From: Hormiphora californensis
Taxonomy: Eukaryota > Animalia > Ctenophora
Reading direction: 5' to 3'
Length of the DNA stretch: 64,000 bases
NCBI GenBank assembly: GCA_020137815.1
Contig: CM035355.1
Location: forward strand, 5,332,001-5,396,000
This document shows, one piece after another, positions 24,313 to 35,086 of this stretch (within the stretch, counting starts at the first letter, position 1; each line of letters starts with the position of its first letter). A program made the position numbers and the translations under genes. The notes under the pieces are model-generated. The model worked only from the letters and a program-made list of their open reading frames with translations. It ran no database searches and had not been told where the DNA came from.

Positions 24313-27300
24313 TGTTCGCAAAAGGCAAGCTTCCCCTCGTCCGACCCGAAGTTGCTAACATATAGTCCGATATTTAATAATGGGAACCGGGGGCGTGCAT
24401 TAAACAAAATTCGATTTGACAAATATTCGTTTCTCGGTTCAGGATCTAATGGCACACTTTATTTCGATTGTTAAAGTCCATTTATTTTTCACCCAAAAAC
24501 TTAAATTTAAAACTTTTGTGGCGTGCGCTACACGTTAACTATATTGTTTATAGCAAGAAAGGACTATTTTACAACGAATTCCCTGGTTACTATGGTAACC
24601 AACTCCGTTGTCATGGTAAATTAATCGAACTCTATCGAGTCTATCGCCAGCAACTGGATGAAACTTTCACAAAGGCTCAAAGTTTGAATATCAAATTTGC
24701 CAAAACTGTGCAGGGGCAAAAGTTTTAATTGATTATTATTAATTAATTAATTAGAAAATCAAAAATCCGGCTCCGTTATGACTCGTATTTATACTACTAG
24801 AACATACATACAAAGTTTCATTTCGAAATTTCAAACGGTGTGGCCACAGTTTGAATATCAAAGTTGCAAAAATTGTGCAGGGGCAAACAAAATTGTGCAG
24901 GGGCAAAAGTTTTAATTACTTATAATTAATTAATTAATTAAAAAATCAGAAATCCGGCTCTTTTATGACTCGTAGTTATACCACTAGAACATGCATGCAA
25001 AGTCTCATTTCGAAATATCAAACGGTGTGGCCACAGTTCGAATATCAAATTTACCGAAAATGTGCAGGGGCAACATTTGCCGCAAATGTACAGGGGCAAA
25101 ATGTGCAGGGGCAAAATTTTAATTGCTTATAATTAATTGGATAATTAATTTTGACTATTCCCACTTTTTGTCGATCTTTCTATATGCATGAACTACATTA
25201 CTACAAAATGTTAGGTCGTTATTTATAGCAGAACAGAAAATATACCATTTTTAGTTGCCTTGTTCAGGAAATGTGCAGGGGGTCGAAATCAGCGGTGCAG
25301 GGGAAAGATGGTGCAGGGGCAAAATTTTAATTACTTATAATTAATTAGTTAAATTAAAAATAAGAAATCCAGCCTTTTTATGACTCGTAGTTATACTACT
25401 AGAACATGCATACAAAGTTTCATTTCGAAAAAACAAACGGTTTGGCCACAGTTTGAATATCAAAATTGCAAAAAATGTGCAGGGGTATTTGCCCCTGTAC
25501 ATTTTCAAAAAAAGTGCAGGGGGCCCTAAAAAAGTCAATTTTTGCATGCCTATAACTAATTAATTAATTAATTTTCAATACTCCCACTTTTCGAATATCA
25601 TTTTTTATGATTGAAGAACATTCCTACAAAGTTTCAAGTCGATATTTCAAGCAGAACGGAAGATAAACCGTGTGCAGGGGCACGCGTGCAGGGGCAAAAA
25701 ATCAAAATGTACAGGGGCAATGTGCAGGGGCAAATTTTGATAGCTTATAATTAATTAATTAATTAAAAAATCAAAAATCCGGCCACGTTATGACACGTAG
25801 TTATACTACTAGAACATGCCTACAAAATTTCAGGTCGATATCTCAAACGATGTGGCCGCAATCGCTGCCTGAAATTTGCCCCCCCCCCCAAAAATCTTCT
25901 ATTCTTTGTATATGATCGCAAAAGGCAAGCTTCCCCTCGTCCGACCCGAAGTTGGGAGATTCGTCGAAACAGCAACCTTCAGGCTGTTAAAATATTTTTT
26001 GATGCGCGGCGGCCTGTTTATTATAGTAGGGTCGGTTGTGGGAAGTTGGGTCTGGAATTTTAAATTTGACTTTCTGATATGATTAGGGACTCTATAAAAA
26101 GTCCAAAGTACCATCCCACAGGTCTCTACCACCCCCGGTTCACTAATTAGTCGTAATTATGTGATTTATGACGTTATCGCCAATTAGCACTAATAATGCC
26201 AGTTCCTGGTCACTTAGAGCTTAGATTTTGATACCAGCTGATAGAGGATCACTAGATTTTTCCGTTTGGCTGGCGGTTGGCTGGCACCACGTGGGATTAG
26301 GGGTTTAGGTCGTCGTGGGAGGTCGACATTGGTCGCGTTCGATCGGGCTCGATGAGGTGATCAAAAGCTAGTGGGCCAGACCTTGGCCCCACCCCGTTCT
26401 TGGCTTATTGGGCTTTTTCGGTTTCCCGCCAAAATATTTTCCCGCCATATATATGCTTTATTTTTTTTGCCCCTGCACTGCCACTGCACATTTTTTTAAT
26501 TGCTTATAATTAATTGGATAGTTAATTTTGAATATTCCCACTTTTTGTAGACCTTTCTATATGCTTGAAGAGCATTCCTACAAAGTTTCAAGTCGATATT
26601 TATAGCAGAACGGAAAATATTTTCAAATGCTCAGGGGCAATGCTCAGGGGCACCATAAAAATGTCCATTTTTTAATTGCTTATAACTCATTGATTACTTA
26701 ATTTTGAATATTCCCACCTTTTGTAGACCTTTCTATATGCTTGAAGAGCATTCCTACAAAGTTTCAAGTCGATATTTCAAGCAGATCGGGAGATAATTGC
26801 GACTCAGGTGCCCCTGGGCCACTTTTGTTAGTGCGAGGGCAATTTTAAAATTTTAATTGCTTATAATTAATTAATTAAGTAAAAAATCAAAAATCAGGCT
26901 CCGTGGTGACTCTTAGTTATACCACTAGAACATGCCTACAAAGTTTTAGATCGATATGTCAAACAGTGTGGCCACAATTTGAATTTTAAAATTGCCCAGG
27001 GGCAGTTTTTTCAAATGCTCGGGGGCAAAATTCAGGGGCACCAGAAATGTCCATTTTTGCATGCCTATAACTCATTGATTACTTAATTTTGACTATTCTA
27101 ACTTTTTGTAGATCATTTTTTATGCTTGAAGAGCATTCCTACAAAGTTTCAAGTCGATATTTCAAGCAGATCGGGAGATAATTTCGGCTCAGGGGCAATG
27201 CCCAGGGGACAGAACACCCCATGCTCAGGGGCACGGTGCAGGGGCTACTTTTTAATTACCTATAATTAATTAATTAGGCAAAAAATCAAAAATCCGGCCA

Positions 27301-27633
27301 CGTTATGACACGTAGTTATACTACTAGAACACGCCTACAAAATTTCAGGTCGATATCTCAAAAAATGTGGCCACAATCGCTGCCTGAAATTTGCCCCCCC
27401 CCCCCCCCCCCCCCCGAAAAAAAGACCTACGTTTGTATATATAGGGCCGGCTTTTTGGATTTGGTGCAGGGGCAAAAATTTTTTTTCTCTCGTTTTTTCT
27501 GTTTTCTTCGGGTCGGAGGTGCCTGCCGGCACCTAAATAGGGCCGTCACTTTTTGGATTTGGTGCAGGGGCAAAAATTTTTTTTTTCGTTTTTTCTGTTT
27601 TCTTCGGGTCGGAGGTGCCTGCCGGCACCTAAA
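24313..27633. mobile_element. Nested element C: body 24313-25912 plus tail 27538-27633
   Basis: Same head as B; 24663-25905 nearly identical to 23048-24305; GGGCCGTCAC-type tail. Confidence 0.8.
25913..27537. mobile_element. Nested element D (innermost, uninterrupted, 1625 bp)
   Basis: Head, internal subrepeats and tail are contiguous and show the empty target GTTTGTATATA|TAGGGCC at 27441/27442. Confidence 0.88.
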
Positions 27634-27892
27634 TAGGGCCGTCACTTTTTGGATTTGGTGCAGGGGCAAAAATTTTTTTTTTCGTTTTTTCTGTTTTCTT
27701 CGGGTCGGAGGTGCCTGCCGGCACCTAAATAGGGCCGGCTTTTTGGATTTGGTGCAGGGGCAAAATTCTTTTTTTTTTCGTTTTTTCTGTTTTCTTCGGG
27801 TCGGAGGTGCCTGCCGGCACCTAAATATGAATATTAATTCCACCGCATGTGAAAAGGAAAAAGTTGTGTGTAAGAGGTGTGATTGAAGCCCA

Positions 27893-28060
27893 GTTCACCC
27901 ATTGCCAGTTCACCCATTGCTAGAGGGAGTGACCCAATTGTCACACCCGCACAACATCAGTTTTTAAAGGAATATGGATACATTTAAGTAGGATAATTAA
28001 CATAATAAAAGAACATTGGACATTGGTGGATTATATTTTAGGCGGTTGTTCCACCTGCCT
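27893..28060 (+). repeat. Dispersed module (CACACCCGCACAACATCAG..CATAATAAAAGAACATTGG..)
   Basis: Related copies at ~17305-17385, ~29876-30030, ~30805-30845 and ~30965-31040. Confidence 0.8.
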
Positions 28061-28792
28061 ACCCCGCGGCACAAATGGCCCCCACTCCAGCCTCCTCTGC
28101 ACATTGGATTGTGACAGAGGAGTTCTCACCCGATGAATGGACTCGACACGAGATGCCCATTGTGAAGAAGAATGAATCCAATCTTATTATCTTTTCTCTC
28201 GCCTTGTGGGATATGTGAGGTACCCCTGTTACCCCTGTACCGCCGCCCCATTTACACTTCTATGATTCTATGAGTGCTGTCACAGATTAGTGGGTGGGAG
28301 AAGTGCCGAGAGATCTGGACCGTGCCCGTGGGATAATTTCAGCCAGACTTTGTTCAGGCTGTGCTGTTGAGTGCTGACAGTACTTGTCACATATCGGCAG
28401 CACGAAACTTTTAGTAGTTATTTAGAAGCAAGGCTGTTACTGGTATAAAATAGTCACGTGATAGTTTTCGCCGGAGCTTGTGGACGTGTGAGAAAAGAGG
28501 GAATGGGCGAATATTGTTGACACTTCCAATACCCCCGATTTAACTTTTGTATCCCGTTCGTGAGCTGTTCTGACCGAGATGTAAGCTGAACTGAGAAGTG
28601 ATCTGACCCGAGCGTGTGTTGTGTGATCTGATCTGTGTGAAGTGAACAATTAGTTGGAACCCGGTGAATTAAAGTATTTTTGATAGTCCCTGGGTGATGT
28701 ACCCGTAATCCCGGAAAACTGTGGCAGCCTAATATCACCCACCCCAATGATCACAACCCCCCACGAGCCCACAGCCTTATTTTCTTCTCTTT

Positions 28793-29194
28793 TTGCCCAT
28801 CATCCAAGCAAGCCGGGCCCCCCAGGAACTGTTCTCCTGGTGGAAGCAATGGGAAGCGCTTAGTATAAAGAAGGGAGCGCTGGTAAGGGAGTGGACGACT
28901 AGTACGAAGGAAGACAGAGAGCTGATAGCAGTACCGTGGCAATGGAGAGATGCAGTGATGTCCCGAATACATGAGACTGTCACAGGACATGCAGGAGTGG
29001 AAGCTAGCTTGAGTACAGCTCGCAGATTCTACTATTGGCCGAAGATGGAAAAGGAGATAAAAGAGTTTGTCGATGCGTGCACGACATGTGCTGGTAACAA
29101 ACAGCCACGAGCCTATGGAAGGGCAAAGATGGGGTCCGTGATTCTACATGAGTTTAACGAGGCAATAGTCATTACCAGATTTCATTTGTTTTAA
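28793..29194 (+). pseudogene. Gypsy pol fragment: integrase zinc-binding (H2C2) domain
   Basis: IHETVTGHAGVEAS...FYYWPKMEKEIKEFVDACTTC; truncated before the DDE core. Confidence 0.88.
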
Positions 29195-30280
29195 ACCACA
29201 GAATCGAAGTGTTTGATTTTGACCATTGGTGTATCGGAAAGGCAATTGCAATCTCGCCCCATCAGTCCATCACGAAACCAACGTGCCCGATCATAATACT
29301 CCAAAGAGGTGTGATTGAACCGTGTGTCAGCGGTGATGTGAAGTATGACGTGTATGAAGAGGCATGAAAATTTTAAAATTAATTCATTACATATGCTCCG
29401 TGTTACTAGGGTTTTTAGATTCTAGTATTCTACGGGGTCTGAGCGTGTATACAAATGCTGATATTACTACATTTCAAATTAATATATTACATTTTTCACA
29501 TTTTATTACAATGACCCAGGAGTCAGTGCAAAACACTTGAAGGCGCTCCGATCAGCGAAACGGTACAGAAGGTACGCGACATTGAGACCTCTGCGGGAAG
29601 GCTTAAGTACTTTATTGGGAGAAGTAGGAAACCAAGTACTGTTTGATTCAGGCTACCACGCAAAAACACTATTCTGATATTTATCCCATGACTCATTTTA
29701 GGACGGATTTGATAGACGATGAGGAGGCGTCATGGAGCAAAAACCATAAACACAATATCCTTGAATTTGATTGGGGCCTCGGAGGGAAATGGAATAAAAT
29801 ATTAACGTCAATAATCATTCGTGAGTTGAGTTAAGCAAGAGAAGAGAAGATCGAGAGGGCAAATGGTTCACCCGGGTTCACCCATTGCCAGGGGAAGTGA
29901 CCCAATTGTCACACCCGCACAACATCAGTATGTAAAGGAATATACGGACTCATAATTAGGATAACTTTAACATAATAAAAGAACATTGGACATTGGTGGA
30001 TTATATTTCAGACGCGATGTTCCACCACTTCCCAATTCTTGCTTAACACCTCTTATTTATCTCAGATGCATCTCGCAATAAAAACTAGGTGGAATGTGGT
30101 TAACGGACCCGGCCTTCTCCTCGAATTCATTGAAAGATGGAGAGTTTTCTGTCAGACTAACATTGTGGACCAACGTCTAACGACGGCCATTGAAAAGAAA
30201 GTTCAAGGAAATGGATTCATGTTCCACCTGCACCCCCACATGCTTCATGCATCGGGAGGTATTTTTATAATTAGGATAAT

Positions 30281-30801
30281 GGGGGGGGGGCCTGCCGCAA
30301 GAATCTCATGCCTCATTGGCGATTTTCAGGGTAGCTGGGATTTTTGAAATTTTCGATTTTTGGCTAAAAAACGTGGGATTTTTGAGATTTTTGAGGCAAA
30401 TCTGCGATTTTTCGGGGAAAACCCGCAAATTTTTCTCAAAAATCTCATAGAAAGGAAAAATTTCCATTCGAAAATTTGGAATAGAAACAATCCTTGTGTT
30501 TTTCTACCAAAAATCAAAATTCTGAATAGAAACAATCCTTGTGTTCTAGTACAAAGGTTAATGTGAAGCTAAAACATGAAATCTACCTATTTAAATTACT
30601 AAACTGCTACTATGATTCAGATTTAAGCTAAAAAATATGTCGAAAAACTGAGTATTGGCAGCCAAAATTGTGCCAATTTACCACAAAAATCTCAAAAATC
30701 TCAAACGAAATTGAGCAAATTTTCCCTAAAATCTCAAAAATCTCATCGGCCGAAAAGAGGGTAGCTGAGATTTTTGCGGCAGGCCCCCCCCCCCCCCCCC
30801 C
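30281..30801. mobile_element. MITE with poly-G/poly-C ends and a 6-bp TSD (GATAAT)
   Basis: GGGGCCTGCCGCAAGAATCTCA / TGAGATTTTTGCGGCAGGCCCC; GATAAT at 30275-30280 and 30802-30807. Confidence 0.85.
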
Positions 30802-31108
30802 GATAATAAAAGAATATTGGACATTGGTGGATTATATTTCAGACAGTTAGTTCACCACTGCCTACCCTGCAGCACAACCGGCCCCAACTCAACGGACCGC
30901 TGCTATTATCAACGCAGTCCAGTGCAGCTCTTGAACACCAGAACTGATGTGGTGTGGTAACAACCCACACAACATCAGCAGATAAAGGAATACATGGAAA
31001 CATAACTTAACATAATAAAAGAATATTGGTGGTGGAAAACTTTTGCCATTCATTTTCCCCCGGCAAATAAACTTGCAATTATTACAATAACCTCAATGTT
31101 ACACTTAC

Positions 31109-32818
31109 AAATACAACGTCGGTATCCGCTGTGGTAGCAGTCCCCATAAGACCCTGGAGAGTTTGTGATAGATGGGTCGTGTGTAGATCAGGTCTAGTGA
31201 TCAGCTTTGCTACAATGACACTCGCCGCTTCAGAGGATTTATCAACCGCTTCCAGTTGCGACTGGGGAGATTATAGGGGATTAGAGATACCCCTTGATCA
31301 ATTGCGACTGGGGGTATCAGGAATAGGTGGTCACAGGTCAGCGATAATAATTTACAGAACAAAAAGTATGTAAAAAAGATAAAGTTAAAAAGGCTAATCA
31401 TGATCTGAATTTACCGTAGCAAGATTCAACATTCTCCTAACAGCCCAACCCTGCTCCCTATCTCCATCCAACCTCTTCAGGTCAAAGGGGATGAGCACCA
31501 GCACACTAAGCCACAAGAAGAGAATGTACCGGCACTGCCACGCCTCCCCTCTCTCCGGATCCTCTAGCATGGTCAGGACTCTCTCAATGTCTGATACTTC
31601 GTGGGGTAGCAGCCGGACAATGTATTTCTCGCCTGGAGAGGGAAACAACTGGTTATGAAAATGTCGATGAATAATTTGTTAGTGGAAGGTCCCCAGATAC
31701 TCAAAATCTACTTTAATAAGCTCAACTTTGACGACCTTACCTCGCCCACAATGTGGTCGAGGTAAGCTCCATATTGGCCCCACCCTATAGTGTTTCCAGG
31801 TACTAAAGTCCTTACCTCGTGTCTTGGTGAGTAGGTACAGGTAGGCGAAAGCAACATCCGTAGATAACTTGGGTAGTTCTGTCCTAAATCCAATCTTTAG
31901 AAGTTTATCTGAAGAGGAATATAACTGATAATGTTACTTATATAAACAAATTTGATATCAGAAAGGGTCAACGAAGTCACGGATAAAATAAAGAGTTCCA
32001 ACCTTGTCTAAATAAGAAATCCCTAGCCCTCCTACCAATAGTATAATGGGAGTTAGAGCTTGATTAAAGATATAGTGGGAGACACTAGCGTGGTACGCGC
32101 AAAAAAATGTGTGCCACACCGATTTCGTTTTTCAAAAAACACGCAAGAAAAAGTTTTTCAACATCGACTTTTCACGTTTTGGCTCATAACTCCTTTTCCT
32201 GATAAGATAAAGACTTCAAACCTTCGCCATTCGATGGGGATTGAAATTCCCTTTCCAACGGTATGCAAACGATTTCTGTAGCTCATCAGGAACCATAGAT
32301 ATGATCAATTATGATATTGCCGAACGAAACTTACGCGGTTATGATCATAATTGATGATATCTCCTGTTCCTGATGAGCTACAGAAATCGTTTGCGTACCG
32401 TTGGAAAGGGAATTTCAAGCCTCATCGAATAGCGAAGGTTTGAAGTCTTTATCTTATCAGGAACAGGAGTTATGAGCCAAAACGTGAAAAGTCGAACTTG
32501 AAAAACTTTTTCTTGTGTGTTTTTTGAAAAACGAAATTGGTGTGGCACGCATTTTTTTGCGCGTACCACGCTAGTGTCTCCCACTAATACTAAAAATAGA
32601 ATGTATGCTAAACACCCACCTAACCATCCCTGTAAGTGTGGATCTAATACGTGGGGTTGTTCCTGGTAAAAGTTCAGAATATAACCCATACACTGTCCAT
32701 CTCCCTCCTTTTGTTCGAGCGTAAGAGTCTCCAATGCTGCTATCTTCTTGTCAATGGTGGCAATGTCCACTGGATCCACATGGGACACGGTGGAGCTTTG
32801 GGTATCCGCTGTTGGCAT
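31109..32818 (-). CDS. TBCD: Tubulin-specific chaperone D, N-terminal four exons (no further exons recognised in the window)
   Basis: Exons 32818-32620, 31908-31816, 31632-31415, 31261-31109 with GT-AG introns in consistent phase; motifs YQEQPHVLDPHL, AFAYLYLLTKTRG, LLPHEV, WQCRYILFLWLSVLVLIPFDLKRLD, KLITRPD. Start codon tentative. Confidence 0.88.
32073..32586. mobile_element. Foldback MITE in TBCD intron 1; TAG..CTA ends, 3-bp TSD (ATA)
   Basis: ~240-bp inverted arms TAGTGGGAGACACTAGCG.. / ..CGCTAGTGTCTCCCACTA; ATA on both sides. Confidence 0.93.
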
Positions 32819-33097
32819 GGCAACTGTGTGGGGTAATGTTAGGGTTGGGAACTGGGGGTGTTGGCATGGCAACTGTGTGGGATATTATGTTAGCTTTGGG
32901 TATCCGCTGTTGGCATGGCAACTGTGTGGGGTAATGTTAGCTTTGGGTATCCGCTGTTAGCATGGCAACTGTGTGGGGTAATGTTAGCTTTGGGTATCCG
33001 CTGTTAGCATGGCAACTGTGTGGGGTAATGTTAGCTTTGGGTATCCGCTGTTAGCATGGCAACTGTGTGGGGTAATGTTAGGGTTGGGAACTGGGGT
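32794..33097. repeat. 47-bp minisatellite overlapping the TBCD start
   Basis: Unit AGCTTTGGGTATCCGCTGTTAGCATGGCAACTGTGTGGGGTAATGTT, about 6 copies with variants. Confidence 0.9.
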
Positions 33098-33317
33098 GCG
33101 GGGATACTATGGCCGGGGGCTGGAGTGAGGGGGATGCTAAAATAAAACAACTCTGTTTTATAAGAAACAAGCAGAGAATTAAGGGCACAATTAATTTATG
33201 ATAAAAAATTGTCATAAAATAATGATTTGCTGACCTATAAATAAGTTACTTAGCTAAAAAACCCTGTTAATCATGTAGTAAGTAGGTATTGATCCCTAAT
33301 TAATAAATTAATTCATC

Positions 33318-34760
33318 TTAATTCAGATTATAAGTCTGATCGAACTCCTGACCACTCTCTGTATGTCCACACAATAATAAAACGTAACCCCGTTTATTAG
33401 TCTTACTCTTCATGTACCCGATACTGCCCGTTACCACCTCACCATCCTTTACAGTAACAGGATTAGGCAGGTACAGTATCGTTTGAAGCCAGTGGGTTTC
33501 AGGCACTTTGGGCGAGGTATCGAGGCACGCTGAGAACTCCTCTCCGTCAAAATTACATGTAAAATGAATGCAAACAGCGGTCAGGGGGCCCGGTTTTGTA
33601 ATTTCAACCTTGAAGGAAGACGAGAATTCAAGTTCTTCGACCTTCACCGTGGCCAAATCGAAATGTTTGAAGCCACAATCGGTTGATATTACTGTATTAG
33701 GATCAACACTTTGTACCACGGCCTCTCCGTCCATTTCAGATGCCATACAGGACATATCAAACCCGTAGACATTCTTCCAAAACTTCGTTCTACTTTCCAG
33801 CGCAGGTAGATCACTGAGCAGAGAGACGATGAGGGATGCCCGGGAAGGGACCATCGTACCGCCCGGTTTAAGAAGTGTGTCCCTGGTAGCAATAACAGAG
33901 TCTAACATACACTCAAATAGCAACCCATACCCCATCCACTCGGACACTATGACGTCATATTTCTGCTCACTCGGGAGATCCTCAGCCTTTCCCTCGACCA
34001 CATTGACAATATCAGTCAGGTTGTTTAGTTTCACTATCGCCTTGGCCTTGTCCACAATTCGGGAGTTATCCACCGCTGTGACAGCACGTGCCCCACCGCC
34101 ACGTGCACAAAACATGGAGAGGATACCCGTTCCACAACCAATATCAAGGACATCGCGGCCTTCAAAAACTGCCGGATTATTGTAAATGTAATCCCGGTAC
34201 GCCTCAGTTCTCGCTCGATCACTCAACATCTGGTGATGAATACTGTAATCAGCATAACTCTCAAAATATCCGTCCGTTTTCACGGGGCCAGTGCGAGTTT
34301 CAAGAAGTTCCAAGTACATGTTCTGAACCTGTTCCAACTTCTTTTGGAGGACCTCCCGAGAAGGCCCCGAATCCTCCTCCTCTTTCTTATCACCACATCC
34401 TTCCTCCGCTGCTTGTAACCCCTCAAAATCAATCATCAGTACAGCATCATCAGTCAGGGTGGGTCGGAGATATTCCTCGCCGATTTCCTCCGCTTGGGAG
34501 AGTTTAGCCGTGAACTCTTCTGGAGTAATCCCGTGTGCACGTGTGAAATTAATTATCTTCACTACCCCATAGAAAGATAGGGCGCTGAGGGAGGTTTGAA
34601 GATCAATGGAATGTGTTGTTGTGGTGTGAGAGAAGAAGGTTGCAGCGCTGGTGAGGGCCGAGGGGCAGAAAAGACAGGTGTAGATTTGGGGGCAGTCATC
34701 TTCCTCCTCTTCAAGGTAGCTGTCCTCGTCCTCGGAGGAGCTGTAGGCTTCCTGTAACAT
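33318..34760 (-). CDS. PRMT3: Protein arginine N-methyltransferase 3 (intronless CDS)
   Basis: 480 aa; N-terminal C2H2 finger (CLFC..H..TH), YFESY, MLSDRART, VLDIGCGTGIL, VIVSEWMGY, and THW loop. Confidence 0.95.
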   Translation of the reverse strand: MLQEAYSSSEDEDSYLEEEEDDCPQIYTCLFCPSALTSAATFFSHTTTTHSIDLQTSLSALSFYGVVKIINFTRAHGITPEEFTAKLSQAEEIGEEYLRPTLTDDAVLMIDFEGLQAAEEGCGDKKEEEDSGPSREVLQKKLEQVQNMYLELLETRTGPVKTDGYFESYADYSIHHQMLSDRARTEAYRDYIYNNPAVFEGRDVLDIGCGTGILSMFCARGGGARAVTAVDNSRIVDKAKAIVKLNNLTDIVNVVEGKAEDLPSEQKYDVIVSEWMGYGLLFECMLDSVIATRDTLLKPGGTMVPSRASLIVSLLSDLPALESRTKFWKNVYGFDMSCMASEMDGEAVVQSVDPNTVISTDCGFKHFDLATVKVEELEFSSSFKVEITKPGPLTAVCIHFTCNFDGEEFSACLDTSPKVPETHWLQTILYLPNPVTVKDGEVVTGSIGYMKSKTNKRGYVLLLCGHTESGQEFDQTYNLN

Positions 34761-34813
34761 CTGTAGTGGTGGGGAGAGAGTGTTACTTTAACTATAGAGA
34801 GAGAGAGAGGGAA

Positions 34814-34866
<53 letters not shown>

Positions 34867-35086
34867 GGAGACAAATAGTAGAGCAAAGAGTATTACAAAA
34901 GACAAAGAAAAGAATGAATGATTAGGAGGCAGATCATGATCAAGAAAGGTTGTAAATGGGACACACACACATAATGCTAAATCAAACAATGTTATTACAT
35001 AAACAGTAATTGAACTGCATATAATTATTGATTTAATTTCAACCAAAAATTAACATAATTCTCGTGTAAAAATCCCAACAAAACAT

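Larger units (their letters stand above)
22529..27729. mobile_element. Nested element B: body 22529-24312 plus tail 27634-27729
   Basis: Head TGTTCGCAAAAGG..., placed after TTTGTATATA of A; GGGCCGTCAC-type tail. Confidence 0.8.
20866..27825. mobile_element. Nested element A (outermost): body 20866-22528 plus tail 27730-27825; Helentron/Helitron2-like non-autonomous
   Basis: Head TGATCGCAAAAGGCAAGCTTCCCCTCGTCCGACCCGAAGTTG; TCCGACCCGAAG (20893-20904) is inverted in the tail as CTTCGGGTCGGA (27794-27805), followed by hairpin AGGTGCC/GGCACCT; body nearly identical to element D. Confidence 0.85.

Noticed and set aside
27442-27825. Ordinary tandem satellite or CRISPR-like array
   Set aside because: No spacers, eukaryotic context, and better explained as the ends of nested elements.
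27305-27886. 193-aa repetitive ORF and its antisense K/R-rich ORF
   Set aside because: Translations of the four stacked 96-bp transposon tails.
28386-28755. Possible minus-strand LTR (G-run then TGTGATCA..TGTGACA)
   Set aside because: No second LTR or TSD, and opposite in orientation to the adjacent integrase fragment; too weak.
32378-32619. C-terminal half of the 164-aa ORF
   Set aside because: Read-through from TBCD exon 1 into the intron and MITE.
33568-34507. Plus-strand ORFs over PRMT3 (and likewise over the KH and ASPSCR1 genes)
   Set aside because: Antisense shadows without motifs.
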